Notes: generated by a model not told the origin, from the sequence alone. A DNA stretch of 62,706 nt, filler included, from 4 parts of 4 records of this genome joined end to end with filler, not necessarily neighbours in it, one strand, 5' to 3'. Shown: positions 29,766-40,987, counted from the whole stretch's first letter. Program-made: numbers and translations.

Positions 29766-30644
29766 CTACATCATATCTCTCAGTGCACTGCGCACAGTAA
29801 GTCGTGCTGTGGTCATGGTCAGAATAGCGGCAACAAGGGGTAAGGCCAAAAGCCATAAGCTTAGGCCGCTTTCTGGCGCCAGCGATGAAACCAGCCCTTC
29901 GCCCAACTCAGTGGCCATGGATGAAACAGTCCATAGGGTAATTGCGGCAAAGGCAATGCCGAAAATGCCCCCCTTTATACCGTGCGCTAGGTAGCGCAGG
30001 TCAAAAGCGCGGCAAATTACACTGTCTTCTGCCCCCATCAAATGCATGATTGCTATAGGTTCGGCATGGGTTGCAAGGCCTGCTCGGCAGCCAAATATAA
30101 CAATGGCAATGGTCGATAAAATAACCATGGCAACCACAGCCGTCAAAACCAGTTGTAGCACAGAGGCCAAGTCTAGAATTTGTGTTAGCCAAGCCTGATG
30201 ATCGTCCAGGCGTGCGTCAGGGGCTGTGGCTTGCAGGCGTTCACCGAGTGCACTCATATTCATTTGTATGGAGCCGTCAAGCGCCACATCAATCAGGTTA
30301 GGGAGCGGCAAACTGGCATCAATAGGCATGTCGCCAAGCCAGGGTGAAACAAGTGCCATAACATCGGCGCTGGCAAGAAGAGTTGCACTGGACACCCCCG
30401 GTGTTGCTCTTAATAGCGTTAAGGCAGCCTCTGTTTGCTGGTCGCGTGCGTCTGCATCTGCAACAATAACCTGAACCGTAACGTTAGAGGCCAAATCGCC
30501 GCTCCAGCGGTCAATGCCTGTACCAATTGCAACGGCGCTGGTTATTGATAATGCGCATAAAAACAGCATAACGCCGATTACCCACGGTAATAAGCCCTCA
30601 CGGTCTTTCGACTTGGGTAAAAATTGCAGTGTGTGCCCCCACAT
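29766..30644 (-). CDS. ftsX: cell division permease FtsX
   Basis: Four-TM layout, LPLP, DDHQAW, HLMGA; directly downstream of ftsE. Confidence 0.88.
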   Translation of the reverse strand: MWGHTLQFLPKSKDREGLLPWVIGVMLFLCALSITSAVAIGTGIDRWSGDLASNVTVQVIVADADARDQQTEAALTLLRATPGVSSATLLASADVMALVSPWLGDMPIDASLPLPNLIDVALDGSIQMNMSALGERLQATAPDARLDDHQAWLTQILDLASVLQLVLTAVVAMVILSTIAIVIFGCRAGLATHAEPIAIMHLMGAEDSVICRAFDLRYLAHGIKGGIFGIAFAAITLWTVSSMATELGEGLVSSLAPESGLSLWLLALPLVAAILTMTTARLTVRSALRDMM

Positions 30645-30647
30645 ATT

Positions 30648-31334
30648 TTAAACCCCTTCGCTCGTCTTGGACGCGCTTTGCTGCAGGCTTAATTTACCTT
30701 TATCAAGGCTTAGAACCGGGGCATTAATAGCGCTGACTAGCTCAGCGTCATGAGTTGCAACAATGGTGGTGGTGCCGATTTTGTTCAACTCGACAAATAA
30801 ATGCATAAGCCGACGAGACATCTCAGGGTCTACATTGCCGGTTGGCTCATCGGCCACCAAAAGGTCAGGTTTGTTGATCACGGCGCGGGCGATAGCAACG
30901 CGCTGTTTTTCTCCACCAGACAGCGTTGCTGGTTTGGCATGCATGCGGTCTTCAAGGCCCACCCAACTGAGCAATTCTTCCACATGGTCGGCGACTTGAA
31001 TTTTTTTTGCCCCCTTTATGCGCAGGGGTAAGGCAACATTTTCAAAGGCAGTTAAATGGTCAAACAAACGAAAGTCTTGAAATACAACGCCGATGCGCCG
31101 CCGCATACGGGGTAGTTCATCCCTTTCAAGTGTTGCAAGGTCTTTGCCGAAGAAATTGACCAACCCTCGTGAGGGCTTGTGCGCTAAATATAGCAACTTT
31201 AACAAAGTTGTTTTGCCTGCGCCGGAAGGGCCTGTGAGGAAGTGAAATGAACCTTTTTCAAGTGAAAACGAAACATCCTGGAGGATTTCAGTCCCCATGC
31301 CATAACGCATTCCAACATTTTCGAAAGTGATCAT
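30648..31334 (-). CDS. ftsE: cell division ATPase FtsE
   Basis: [38 protein letters not shown] 31334. Confidence 0.95.
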   Translation of the reverse strand: MITFENVGMRYGMGTEILQDVSFSLEKGSFHFLTGPSGAGKTTLLKLLYLAHKPSRGLVNFFGKDLATLERDELPRMRRRIGVVFQDFRLFDHLTAFENVALPLRIKGAKKIQVADHVEELLSWVGLEDRMHAKPATLSGGEKQRVAIARAVINKPDLLVADEPTGNVDPEMSRRLMHLFVELNKIGTTTIVATHDAELVSAINAPVLSLDKGKLSLQQSASKTSEGV

Positions 31335-31545
31335 ATAAGGTGACCCAACATCATTTTCAGCACCTTGGCACAGGTGTGATAATAGGTCCATACCCAGAAA
31401 ATCAGTTCAGCATGTTGTGCGCGCAAGCGCAGGCGATGCTTGTATTTGTTTCGATATATCTTATAGAGTTGTGTGAAGGCAATTTTAACTATTTACGGAT
31501 AGTTTGTGGCCAGTTTATTGACGCGTAAGGAAATGTGGACGCGAT

Positions 31546-32586
31546 ATGATCCTTGTTTGTCCTTCCTGTGATTCAAAGTTTAAAGTTCCCGACAACGCTA
31601 TTCCGCCGGAGGGCCGTAAAGTGCGCTGCGCGCAGTGTGGCTCGGCTTGGCATGCAACAACGGCTCATGAATTAAAGCGACCCTCGCAAACAAATACACC
31701 GCAAATGCCGGTTTCAGCTGAAATTGATGCCGGGATGGCAGCCCGTGCCGCAGCCATAAGGCAAGCCGTTGGGGAAACGGAAAGCCCGAACACAGATTTT
31801 GGGGCTGAGGAAAATCTGTTTGATGAGAGCCCTGAAGGCGACAATGTTCAACCGGCTGTGGATGCGGGACATCCCCCCAAAGATGCTGGCTTGGCAGATG
31901 CGTTTGATGACGAACAGATATCAGAGTTTGATGAGTATGCTGTAGACGAACCAGACGACGACTTTGATGATAATCTGGATGCGGATGAAGGTGATGATAT
32001 CTTGGCCCGCCGGCGCAGCGACCTGAGACGTGACGCAGAGCGTCGTTCAAACGAGATGAAACGACGATTTATCACTGTCGGATGGATTGCTTTGTTGCTG
32101 TTTATACTGGGCGCACTTGGGTCGCTGATTTTTGCGAAAGACTCCGTTACCAAAGCGTTTCCCGGCACTAACCAGCTGTATGATTTTTTTGCTGAAAACC
32201 GTAGCAGTGCAGACAGATATCTGCCTGAAGAAGGCACGCGCGTAACCCCGCCCATTACTGAAACAGAGGTGTATGTTAGTGCAGGTCTTATTGAAGATAG
32301 AACACGCCTGGAGACAATTGACGGCCAGCCTCATGTGATTATTGGCGGCGAATTGAAAAACACCGGCAATCGAGCCGCGAATGTGCCGAAAGTTGAAATT
32401 AGTATTAAGGACAAGCAAGGCAATATTCTCGATCAGTGGGTTTTTGATCCGCCCGGTTTGGTATTGCGGCGCTTGAGCAAACTGCCTTTCGAGGCACGTA
32501 GGCCGGTGCCCCCCGGTATGGCCAGTGTGGCCATTCGGGCGCTTGAAGGCACGAAATCCAGCAATGAAGCACCTTCAAGGCTATGA
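31546..32586 (+). CDS. MJ0042-type zinc-ribbon / DUF3426-like membrane protein
   Basis: CPSC...VRCAQC zinc finger, long acidic linker, one TM helix, periplasmic beta domain. Confidence 0.82.
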   Translation: MILVCPSCDSKFKVPDNAIPPEGRKVRCAQCGSAWHATTAHELKRPSQTNTPQMPVSAEIDAGMAARAAAIRQAVGETESPNTDFGAEENLFDESPEGDNVQPAVDAGHPPKDAGLADAFDDEQISEFDEYAVDEPDDDFDDNLDADEGDDILARRRSDLRRDAERRSNEMKRRFITVGWIALLLFILGALGSLIFAKDSVTKAFPGTNQLYDFFAENRSSADRYLPEEGTRVTPPITETEVYVSAGLIEDRTRLETIDGQPHVIIGGELKNTGNRAANVPKVEISIKDKQGNILDQWVFDPPGLVLRRLSKLPFEARRPVPPGMASVAIRALEGTKSSNEAPSRL

Positions 32587-32610
32587 AGATGCGGATATGA
32601 GAGTGCTGCT

Positions 32611-33165
32611 ATGAACCCGTTTTTTGATTGGGACAAAGCCGGAGATGCACACCACGGCATTGAACCGGTTTTTACCGCTGATGAAATTATTACAAAAGTA
32701 GACGATTTGGCCGTGCGCTTGGTTCGCTGGTTCGACGAGGAGCCTGTGGCGCAGGTTTTGATGAACGGTGCCATGATGTTTGCTGCCGACCTTTCCCGGG
32801 CTATGTCTGTGCGTGGCTGCGTAATGGAAATGGATTTTATCCAGACACAGAAAGACCCGAAAACCAAAAAAGTTGACCTGACCGCCGCGTCAAATCTGGA
32901 TGTACGGGGCCGGGATGTATTGTTGATTGACGATATTTATGACGACGGCGGGTCGCTTGCGTGCGCTTATGAACATTTTAATGCGCTGGGCGCGCAGTCG
33001 GTTACCAGCGTGGTATTGCTTGACAAAAGCGATGGTCGAGCCACTAAAATAAAGCCGGATTTTGTGGGGTTTGAGTGCCCTGATATTTTTGTTATCGGTT
33101 ACGGCATGGATGTGGCGTACCGCTACCGGGAGTTGCCGTTTATCGGCAAAATGGGCCGAGCATAG
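32611..33165 (+). CDS. hpt: hypoxanthine phosphoribosyltransferase-like protein (divergent)
   Basis: FAADL, VLLIDDI PRPP loop, LLDK, FVIGYGMD, YRELPFI; conserved synteny. Confidence 0.75.
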   Translation: MNPFFDWDKAGDAHHGIEPVFTADEIITKVDDLAVRLVRWFDEEPVAQVLMNGAMMFAADLSRAMSVRGCVMEMDFIQTQKDPKTKKVDLTAASNLDVRGRDVLLIDDIYDDGGSLACAYEHFNALGAQSVTSVVLLDKSDGRATKIKPDFVGFECPDIFVIGYGMDVAYRYRELPFIGKMGRA

Positions 33166-33185
33166 AGAGCGTAAGGATTGAGTGG

Positions 33186-33563
33186 TTGGCACGCATTTTA
33201 TTAGCTGAAGATGAAGGTACTGTGCGCGAGTTTGTCTCGCGGGTGTTGACCATGTACGGCCACAGCGTGCTTGAGGCCGAAGACGGCGCACAAGCTGTTG
33301 AGCTTATGAACAAACATCATTTTGACCTTCTGCTCACCGACATTGCGATGCCGGTTATGGACGGTATTTCATTGGCGCTAAAGGTGCGGGACGCCCGGCC
33401 TAATGTGCCGATTATTTTAATGACCGGCTACGCCAACGAAAGCCAGCGTGCGCATAACCTGTCGGTTCTTATTGAAGAACTATTGTCTAAACCGTTCAAT
33501 AAAGATCAGTTGATCAAGGCTGTTAATAACGCCCTTGCCGGCGCAGAGCTTAGCCCTTCGTAG
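33186..33563 (+). CDS. single-domain response regulator, CpdR-like
   Basis: MARILLAEDE, LLLTDIAMPVMDG, MTGY, KPF; lies between hpt and lysA. Confidence 0.85.
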   Translation: MARILLAEDEGTVREFVSRVLTMYGHSVLEAEDGAQAVELMNKHHFDLLLTDIAMPVMDGISLALKVRDARPNVPIILMTGYANESQRAHNLSVLIEELLSKPFNKDQLIKAVNNALAGAELSPS

Positions 33564-34827
33564 GGTTTAGCCAACCGGGTACACTGTCCAAACCAATCAA
33601 ATCATCCAGTGATGGCCGCGCGCGGACGACGGCATACTCATCATCGTTTACCAGCACTTCAGGTACCAATTCGCGCGTATTATAAGTGCCGGACAGAACT
33701 GCGCCGTATGCCCCGGCGGACTTGAAAGCAACCAAATCACCGGGTGTCAGTTCTGGCGTAGGACGAGCCTTGGCAAAGGTGTCGCCGCTCTCGCACACGG
33801 GGCCAACAAAATCAGCCTTTATGGTGTGGTCGGTCAAAGGTTCATCCACCGGCTGAATGGCATGATAGGCATCATACATAGCAGGGCGGATAAGGTCGTT
33901 CATGGCGGCATCTACAATGTAGAAGGTGCGGTCTTCCCCTTGTTTTACATAGAGAAGTTCGGACAACAGAATGCCTGCATTGCCTGCAATCAGGCGGCCA
34001 GGTTCAAGAATAATGCTGCAATCCATGTCGCCGAGTACCTGTTTGATCATGGCACCGTATAGGCCAGGGCTGGGCGGGCTTTCTTGCGCTGGGTCGTAAG
34101 GAATACCAAGCCCGCCGCCAAGGTCGATGTGGTCAATGGCATGGCCACTAGCCCGCAGTCGTTTGACCAAATCAAGCACCTTTTCAAAGGCAGCTTTAAA
34201 GGGTTCAAGGTCGGTCAGCTGGGAGCCGATATGAACGTCGACACCGGTTGCGCGCAGGTTTGGCAGTTCGGCGATACGGGCGTAAACAGCTTCGGCTTTT
34301 GACCAAGCGATACCGAATTTATTTTCGGATTTTCCGGTGGCAATTTTGTGGTGGGTTTTGGCATCCACGTCCGGGTTCACCCGCACGGACACAGGGGCTG
34401 TAAGCCCCAGCCTGCCTGCAACAGCGCTTAAAACCTCAAGCTCAGGTTCGCTTTCCACGTTGAATTGTTTGATACCAGCTTTCAGGGCAGTTTCCATCTC
34501 ATTGGGTTTTTTGCCTACGCCGGAAAAGACTATTTTTTCGGCGGGGATTCCGGCCCGAAGAGCGCGAATTAGCTCGCCTTCGCTGACAACATCAGCGCCG
34601 GCGCCTTCGGCTGCCAAGGTGGCGAGAACCGCCTGGTTGCTATTGGCTTTCACGGCGAAGCATACAAGGGCGTCAAGGCCTTCAAAAGCCTCGGAAAATA
34701 CCTTCAGGTGCCGTTTCAGGGTGGCGGTTGAATAAACATAAACCGGGGTGCCAACCTCGCGCGCGATGGTCTTGAGCGACACATTTTCAGCGAACATTTC
34801 GCCGTTTTTGTATGAAAAATGGTCCAT
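33550..34827 (-). CDS. lysA: diaminopimelate decarboxylase
   Basis: FAVKAN, HIGSQ, DLGGG, EPGR, GPVCESGD, GAYG. Confidence 0.97.
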   Translation of the reverse strand: MDHFSYKNGEMFAENVSLKTIAREVGTPVYVYSTATLKRHLKVFSEAFEGLDALVCFAVKANSNQAVLATLAAEGAGADVVSEGELIRALRAGIPAEKIVFSGVGKKPNEMETALKAGIKQFNVESEPELEVLSAVAGRLGLTAPVSVRVNPDVDAKTHHKIATGKSENKFGIAWSKAEAVYARIAELPNLRATGVDVHIGSQLTDLEPFKAAFEKVLDLVKRLRASGHAIDHIDLGGGLGIPYDPAQESPPSPGLYGAMIKQVLGDMDCSIILEPGRLIAGNAGILLSELLYVKQGEDRTFYIVDAAMNDLIRPAMYDAYHAIQPVDEPLTDHTIKADFVGPVCESGDTFAKARPTPELTPGDLVAFKSAGAYGAVLSGTYNTRELVPEVLVNDDEYAVVRARPSLDDLIGLDSVPGWLNPTKG

Positions 34828-34829
34828 TT

Positions 34830-35012
34830 TTAGAACTTAACTCGGCTTTTTTGGAAAGAAACAGGCGAAAATTGGAGAAAAACTGGCGATTTTTGGAAAA
34901 AAGCGGATGAAATTTCTGACCGGCTTGGCGGTTTGACATCACCCTTTTTTCCGCAGGCTGAAATTGTGGTCAGGGCGAGGGCTAAAATTACCGCGCGCAC
35001 AAAATAGGTCAT
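34830..35012 (-). CDS. small lipoprotein (LppL/LptM-like)
   Basis: Lipobox ISAC followed by GKKG...PP; lies between argH and lysA. Confidence 0.75.
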   Translation of the reverse strand: MTYFVRAVILALALTTISACGKKGDVKPPSRSEISSAFFQKSPVFLQFSPVSFQKSRVKF

Positions 35013-36526
35013 TTGGTTTCCCTTTCGAACATGTCTTCCGGTGGCAATTCATCCAGCTGATCGGATAGTGCCTCAATAGCCAATTCTTTTTTGGCATTTT
35101 GAACCGCGGCGCGCACATTGCTTGGTGCCGTGCCGCCAAAGGAGGTGCGGCTGGCCACCGATGCCTCTACCGATAACACAGTGAAAACATCGTCGGTAAT
35201 TTTTGGCTCCACCTTCTGCATTTCAGAAAGCGGCACGTCTGAAAGGTCCAGCCCGTTGTCTTCGGCATATTTCACGATGGCGCCGGTTACATGGTGCGCA
35301 TCCCGGAAAGGCAGGTTCAGCGCCCGCACCAGCCAGTCGGCCAAGTCGGTGGCGGTGGAATAGCCCAGCCCTGCGGCTTTTTTCATGGCCTCGGTGTTGG
35401 GGTGAAAGTCACCCAGCATGCCGGTCATGGCAACCAAACACAGCTCAAAGTCGTCAACCGCCTGAAAAACTGGCGCTTTGTCTTCCTGCATGTCTTTGGA
35501 GTAGGCCAGCGGCAAGCCCTTCATCACCATCATCAGGCCGTTCTGCGCGCCCATAATACGGCCAACCTTCGCGCGCACCAGCTCGGCGGCGTCCGGGTTG
35601 CGCTTTTGCGGCATGATCGACGAACCGGTGGAGAAGGCGTCGGATAGTTTGAGGAAGCCAAAGGCAGACGTGGCCCACAGCACAATTTCGTCGGCCAGCC
35701 GGGACAGGTGCACCGCGCCGATCGACAGCACAGAGAGGAACTCCAGCGCAAAATCCCGCGCAGAAACCGCATCCAGCGAATTGGCCATGGGCCTGTCAAA
35801 GCCAAGGTCAGCAGTGGTTTGATGCCGGTCGATGGGGAAGCTGGTGCCAGCAAGGGCGGCGGCCCCCAGCGGGTTTTCGTTCAGCCGCGCCCGGCAGTCG
35901 GCCAACCGCGACCGGTCGCGCGATACCATCTCAAAATAGGCCATCAGGTGGTGACCGAGGGTAACGGGCTGTGCGGTTTGCAGGTGGGTAAAGCCGGGCA
36001 TAATGCTGCCCGCATAGGTTTCCGCCGCGTTCAACAGCGCGGTTTGCAGGCTCGCATATAGTTCGTCGAGGTTGTCGATAGCGCCGCGGGTCCAAAGGCG
36101 GAAGTCTGTCGCCACCTGGTCGTTGCGGGAGCGCGCAGTGTGCAGCCGCGCCCCGGCGTCGCCCACCAACTCGCGCAGGCGGGCTTCAATATGCATGTGA
36201 ATGTCTTCAAGCGCGGGGTCAAACACCATGTCGCCCGCGCTGATTTCCTGCGCGATCTGATCCAAACCGGCTTCAATGGCCGTACAGTCTTCAGCAGTAA
36301 GGATTTCACAGTCTGCCAGCATGCGGGCATGTGCCTTTGAGCCAGCGATGTCTTCCTGGTACAGGCGCTTGTCAAAATCGATGGAGGCGTTGATTTCCTG
36401 CATAACAGCAGACGGCCCGCCGCCAAAACGCCCACCCCACATGCTTTGGGATTTATCCTTGGGGCTTTGTGATTGGCTTTCCGGTTGCGGAATATCACGG
36501 GTATTTGGCTTTTTTTGATCGCCCAC
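35009..36526 (-). CDS. argH: argininosuccinate lyase
   Basis: [35 protein letters not shown]; probable GTG start at 36526 (the ORF-track start is over-extended). Confidence 0.96.
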   Translation of the reverse strand: MGDQKKPNTRDIPQPESQSQSPKDKSQSMWGGRFGGGPSAVMQEINASIDFDKRLYQEDIAGSKAHARMLADCEILTAEDCTAIEAGLDQIAQEISAGDMVFDPALEDIHMHIEARLRELVGDAGARLHTARSRNDQVATDFRLWTRGAIDNLDELYASLQTALLNAAETYAGSIMPGFTHLQTAQPVTLGHHLMAYFEMVSRDRSRLADCRARLNENPLGAAALAGTSFPIDRHQTTADLGFDRPMANSLDAVSARDFALEFLSVLSIGAVHLSRLADEIVLWATSAFGFLKLSDAFSTGSSIMPQKRNPDAAELVRAKVGRIMGAQNGLMMVMKGLPLAYSKDMQEDKAPVFQAVDDFELCLVAMTGMLGDFHPNTEAMKKAAGLGYSTATDLADWLVRALNLPFRDAHHVTGAIVKYAEDNGLDLSDVPLSEMQKVEPKITDDVFTVLSVEASVASRTSFGGTAPSNVRAAVQNAKKELAIEALSDQLDELPPEDMFERETK

Positions 36527-36695
36527 GGCCTTGTCTTTCCTGCAACAGCATTTATGGTCTTGGTCTATAGCGTAACTCCGCTTATATGCGGGCGGTAAAA
36601 GCATTGCAATCCGGGGTTTTGAGTGCCAGTAACTTTTATTGAGCCCCAGAGCAATGCAAAGAGCATTCTCTTTAGGGTTAAAGGAGGCAACATTC

Positions 36696-37286
36696 GTGTC
36701 GAAAACAACAATAATGGCAGTGGTGCTGGTCGGCTTACTCGCCGTCGGTGGCTTTATGGTTTTCAAGCCTGCAGGCGATGTTAGCGGCGGTGCTGGTGGG
36801 GGCATTGAACCCTACCTTGTGGGCGAAATGGCCAAACTCACCGTGCCTGCGGAAACCCAGATGCTGTCCGACCATATCATTATGGCCGAGACCGGGGAGC
36901 CGAAAAAACTGTCGGCGATGAAGGGCCGGGCCATGCTGATAAACCTGTGGGCGCCGTGGTGCGCCCCCTGCCGGGCTGAAATGAAAGAGTTGGCGAACCT
37001 GCAGCACGAACTGGGTGACGACACATTCGAGGTTATCGCGATTAATGTAGACCGCGGCGGCATCCGCCAAGCGGAAGAAACATTGATCGAATGGGGCATT
37101 GAGGGCTTGGGCCTTTACGCCGAGCCGACCATGGCGATCGCCTTTGATCTGGCCGAAGGCGCCCTGCCCACTAGCTTTGTGGTGGACAAAAACGGTGAAA
37201 TTCGCGCGCTGTTCCTCGGCCCCCTCGCATGGGACAAACCCGAAGGCCTAGCCCTGTTTGAAGCGCTTAAGAAGGGCGAGGTATAA
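36696..37286 (+). CDS. tlpA: TlpA family thiol:disulfide reductase
   Basis: [10 protein letters not shown], cis-Pro LPTS; GTG start with AAGGAGG; divergent from argH. Confidence 0.9.
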   Translation: MSKTTIMAVVLVGLLAVGGFMVFKPAGDVSGGAGGGIEPYLVGEMAKLTVPAETQMLSDHIIMAETGEPKKLSAMKGRAMLINLWAPWCAPCRAEMKELANLQHELGDDTFEVIAINVDRGGIRQAEETLIEWGIEGLGLYAEPTMAIAFDLAEGALPTSFVVDKNGEIRALFLGPLAWDKPEGLALFEALKKGEV

Positions 37287-37428
37287 CTCGTTTCCAGCGC
37301 AAAGCGGACACAAGAAAGTGCTCGCCAACACACCGTTGCTAGCTAGGGTCAAGTAGTTTGTACTCGACCCAAAACGGATATTTGTTAAAAATACAATGTC
37401 GAATATTTGACAGTGACTGGAACTCGTT

Positions 37429-39108
37429 GTGACCGACATGGAAAAAAATGAGGCAGAATACGAAGAAAGGCTTCGCCGTCGTTTGAAGATTCTTCGCGAG
37501 AAATTTAAAGCAGGTAAAATTAGATTCACTAAAGGGCTCGATATCGAAAATAGCCTTCTCGCGGTGCGAGAAGGCTCTGATGGTGAAATTGATCTAAGCA
37601 CGGTGGATAGTCGAGTTCGTTCTATGGCATTAGCTATTGCCGCTCTGCATGATAGGGAAGAGCTGAAAAACGAAGCTTCCTTGAGTGAAATTCAAAACAG
37701 TTACTTCGAGTTTATCGAAGGGAATTTTGGGAAATTCTTTGAGGTGATGGTGAAGCGAGGTCTTACACCTCATGACGTAGGGCGTTCCTTCATTCAAACC
37801 CAAGAAGGCATTGACGAGATTACCGAGAATTTGGAAGAATTTTTGAGTGTAGTAGATCAGTTTTGGGAGGGTGCAGGCGAAATTGCCCATGTACATGTTG
37901 AAGATCTACACAGCAATATAAAGGGCATTTTTGGTGGAGATTTATTTCCATCGCAGGATGAGAACATTGCATCCAAATGCGGCATATATACCGACACCAT
38001 CGTTTTACCTGACCCATTCCTGCGCTCCAAGCATGTGTTTGCCCAGTATTCAAAAAAAGATCAGGCATATTACTTAATCAAGCATGCAATGAATGTACTT
38101 CAATATAAGGATTTAGCATGTGCTGATCTAGGGACTCCAATTGTCGTAATACTTCCGGATCGAGCAGCTTTGCAAAGAGAAGAACGAGAATTTTTTCATA
38201 ACTTAGGTAAAGAAGATTCGCTAGTTCATGCAGGAAAGCTTTTTAATCGAAAATTTGAATCCTTTGAAGAGTTATTAGCGTTCGCTCAAGAGTTAGATAC
38301 AATTGAAAAGGCTGTCGCGGAAATCCGCGACGAGAAGAGGGTTCTGTTTGACACGGAATGGACAGGGGATGTCGCCTCACAATTAAAGCAAGCGACCAAG
38401 AGCAAACACTACAAACCCTTTGCGGATTCGCCCGGCGTGTTGCTAGCGTCTCAATCTTTGGGACGGATGAGTGTTAGCAATGAGTTGTTAGTTAAATCTC
38501 GCCGCTTGAACGGCACTCCGATAATTGAGGCCCCAACATCATGGCAGTATTTGGTTTGGAAAATGGAGTACGATGCAGAAAAAGCTGAAAACGAATTACA
38601 TTCAAAAGATCTACATATTGTGAAGGGGTTAAATGACTTAGCTGGTAGCGATATGCAGTGGTTAGGAAATATTCCACCAGAGTCATTAATCGCAATCCGC
38701 AAAGAAGGCGCAATGGAAGAAATACGAAGTATTTTGGGTGATGGGATTAACCAGCTTATCGAAGTTAACCCATCAAATTATCATCGTAGTCGTGACCAAA
38801 TTTTTGATAATATTAGCAATGCCTTTGCGCAGCACCAGAAAAATGTTGATGAATTGAACGCTAAAAATTGGAAATTCGGAGGCAGAGATATTGGCTCTTG
38901 GGTAGTAGTAGGCTCCCTTGAAGTAACCGCTGCAGTGACGGGGATACCTGTGTGGGGGTTGGCAACCATTGCCGCTGATCAAATACTAGATGTGCCTAAG
39001 CTTAAAGATATACCGCAATCTATTCGAGACTTGGCTGATGAAAATAATAAGGTAAAGAAATCGCCGGTGGGAATGCTTTTCAATATAAACAAAAAAGGCT
39101 CCCAATAG
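37429..39108 (+). CDS. hypothetical protein (559 aa), AT-richer than its flanks
   Basis: Long open frame with distinct codon usage; no family recognised; hydrophobic hairpin near the C-terminus. Confidence 0.85.
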   Translation: MTDMEKNEAEYEERLRRRLKILREKFKAGKIRFTKGLDIENSLLAVREGSDGEIDLSTVDSRVRSMALAIAALHDREELKNEASLSEIQNSYFEFIEGNFGKFFEVMVKRGLTPHDVGRSFIQTQEGIDEITENLEEFLSVVDQFWEGAGEIAHVHVEDLHSNIKGIFGGDLFPSQDENIASKCGIYTDTIVLPDPFLRSKHVFAQYSKKDQAYYLIKHAMNVLQYKDLACADLGTPIVVILPDRAALQREEREFFHNLGKEDSLVHAGKLFNRKFESFEELLAFAQELDTIEKAVAEIRDEKRVLFDTEWTGDVASQLKQATKSKHYKPFADSPGVLLASQSLGRMSVSNELLVKSRRLNGTPIIEAPTSWQYLVWKMEYDAEKAENELHSKDLHIVKGLNDLAGSDMQWLGNIPPESLIAIRKEGAMEEIRSILGDGINQLIEVNPSNYHRSRDQIFDNISNAFAQHQKNVDELNAKNWKFGGRDIGSWVVVGSLEVTAAVTGIPVWGLATIAADQILDVPKLKDIPQSIRDLADENNKVKKSPVGMLFNINKKGSQ

Positions 39109-39264
39109 TCAAAACACATCAACGCAATAGTGTGCTGTATCGAAGTTATTAGAATTTGTAACGCATATTGGTCTAGCTTGGATATTCCAAAAAGTACGCG
39201 CGCTTTTGGCCGGCAATTGACTTCAACTGAGTTCACAGCTGAAAAATAAGTCGGGAAGAATATC

Positions 39265-39774
39265 ATGGACGAACAATTATACTATTTTTCCTACGGCTCC
39301 AATATGTCTGTTAAGCGCTTGAGGGGTCGAACCCCAAGTGCCGAACTGATCGGTGCTCATTCCTTGCCAAAATATAGTTTGAGATATCATAAAGAGAGCA
39401 AAAAAGATGGTTCAGGTAAATGCGATGCTTTCTATTCTGGCAAAGAGGAAGATGTAGTTCACGGGGCGCTGTTTGTAATTCACGTTTCAGAAAAGCCTGA
39501 GTTAGATCGCGCCGAAGGGCTCGGCTTCGGATACGAGCAGAAAGAAGTGGTAGTTATCAGTTGCGACGGAAACAGGGTGCAAGCGATCACCTATGTAGCT
39601 ACAAGTATCGACGAAGCCTTAAAACCATACTCTTGGTACTTAAATCACGTTCTGATTGGCGCAATAGAGAGTAGGTTGCCGGATTGGTATATAGCCAAGC
39701 ACATCCAATCGATTAAAGCGATTGAAGACCCAGACCGGGAACGGGATGCCAAAGAGCGCAATATTCATAGGTGA
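39265..39774 (+). CDS. gamma-glutamylcyclotransferase (AIG2/ChaC-like)
   Basis: YFSYGSNM, VHG, catalytic LDRAEG, PYSWY. Confidence 0.88.
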   Translation: MDEQLYYFSYGSNMSVKRLRGRTPSAELIGAHSLPKYSLRYHKESKKDGSGKCDAFYSGKEEDVVHGALFVIHVSEKPELDRAEGLGFGYEQKEVVVISCDGNRVQAITYVATSIDEALKPYSWYLNHVLIGAIESRLPDWYIAKHIQSIKAIEDPDRERDAKERNIHR

Positions 39775-39909
39775 ACCGGTTCTTACGGGTATTAGGTGCC
39801 TGCTCTTCTCCATGAGTGGATGGCTGCTTCTTTCATAAAAGAGAGATTAATGGTACCTAATGTAACAACATCTCAGTCAACTCAGGTCACGAAACTATAG
39901 GAGAACACC

Positions 39910-40896
39910 ATGGCGATGCTGGAAATTAAACTTGACGGCGCATGTGTGTCCGACTTTGCCCGCTTCAAGTTTACTGGGTTCAAAAAAATTATCGTAGCGA
40001 TTGCTGTATTGTTTTTTGGCCCGTTGGCATTGTCACCCGCTGTTGCCCAAGATTTACCCCAGGATGTAATGGAGCATCTTGACCTTGCCTATTATGAGGG
40101 CGAAGGCTTTAGTGATGAAAAGCACCGCTTGGACCTCCTCCTACCAAAAGGTCGGCCCGTGGTTGCCACCATGTTGTGGATCCACGGCGGGGCCTGGGCC
40201 TTTGGGGACCGTAAAAGGGACATGGAACTGGCCCGCGCTTTCGCGCGTGAAGGGGTTGCGGTGGCGAATATGTCATACCGCTTGAGCCGGGGTGACTGGA
40301 GAGGGGAAGAATTTCCCTCAACCGGTGTAGAGCACCCGGCACATATTAAAGATGTGGCACGGGCGTTTGCCTGGGTGCACAAAAACACAGACAAATATGG
40401 CCTTGATAAGGGCCGTCTTTTTGTCAGCGGTTTTTCGGCGGGTGGGCATCTGTCAGCGCTGCTTGCCATGGACGCGCGGTATCTGGCGGCCCATGGCCTG
40501 TCACTGTCAGATATTCGGGCGGCTATTCCTGTTGCCGGTGGCTATGACATGGAAGACTATTACCGCGCGATTGAAGAGGGCATGGGCAAGGATGTTGCCA
40601 TTGGGCATGTGCTGGGTGTTTTTGGGCCGCGCGAGGGGCTGGCTGACGCCTCGCCCATGACGTATTTGCAAGGCGCGTCTATTCCCATGCTGGTTTTGAC
40701 GGAGGGGCAAACCGCACCCTATACCCGGGTTTTTGAAGAGGCTGTCACTGAGCGCGGAAAAAGTGATTTGATCGGTTTCAGCTATTACGACGATGAGACA
40801 CATGCGTCTTTGCTGGCAAGCTTGAGCCTTGAGGAAAGCCCGGCGAGAGATGAAATGCTCAACTATATTTCATCAATGGTTGGTGAGACGGACTGA
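39910..40896 (+). CDS. secreted alpha/beta hydrolase (HSL-family esterase)
   Basis: HGGAW oxyanion motif, YRL, GFSAGG nucleophile, ASP, ETH; signal peptide. Confidence 0.85.
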   Translation: MAMLEIKLDGACVSDFARFKFTGFKKIIVAIAVLFFGPLALSPAVAQDLPQDVMEHLDLAYYEGEGFSDEKHRLDLLLPKGRPVVATMLWIHGGAWAFGDRKRDMELARAFAREGVAVANMSYRLSRGDWRGEEFPSTGVEHPAHIKDVARAFAWVHKNTDKYGLDKGRLFVSGFSAGGHLSALLAMDARYLAAHGLSLSDIRAAIPVAGGYDMEDYYRAIEEGMGKDVAIGHVLGVFGPREGLADASPMTYLQGASIPMLVLTEGQTAPYTRVFEEAVTERGKSDLIGFSYYDDETHASLLASLSLEESPARDEMLNYISSMVGETD

Positions 40897-40942
40897 CCGA
40901 TTCCCAATTCATTGACTTTATGCATAGAAGTCGGTTTGAATT

Positions 40943-40975
40943 AAGGCCTGGTTTCTTCCGTTGGGCCTTTTTTCT
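40943..40975 (+). terminator. possible intrinsic terminator after the esterase gene
   Basis: AAGGCCT...GGGCCTT stem followed by a T run. Confidence 0.4.
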
Positions 40976-40987
40976 TTTGGGGTGGTG

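Noticed and set aside
37280-37345. attC-like left arm (GTATAAC-N5-TCCAGC) after tlpA
   Set aside because: No complementary right arm ending in GTTRRRY, no repeats between the later genes and no integrase
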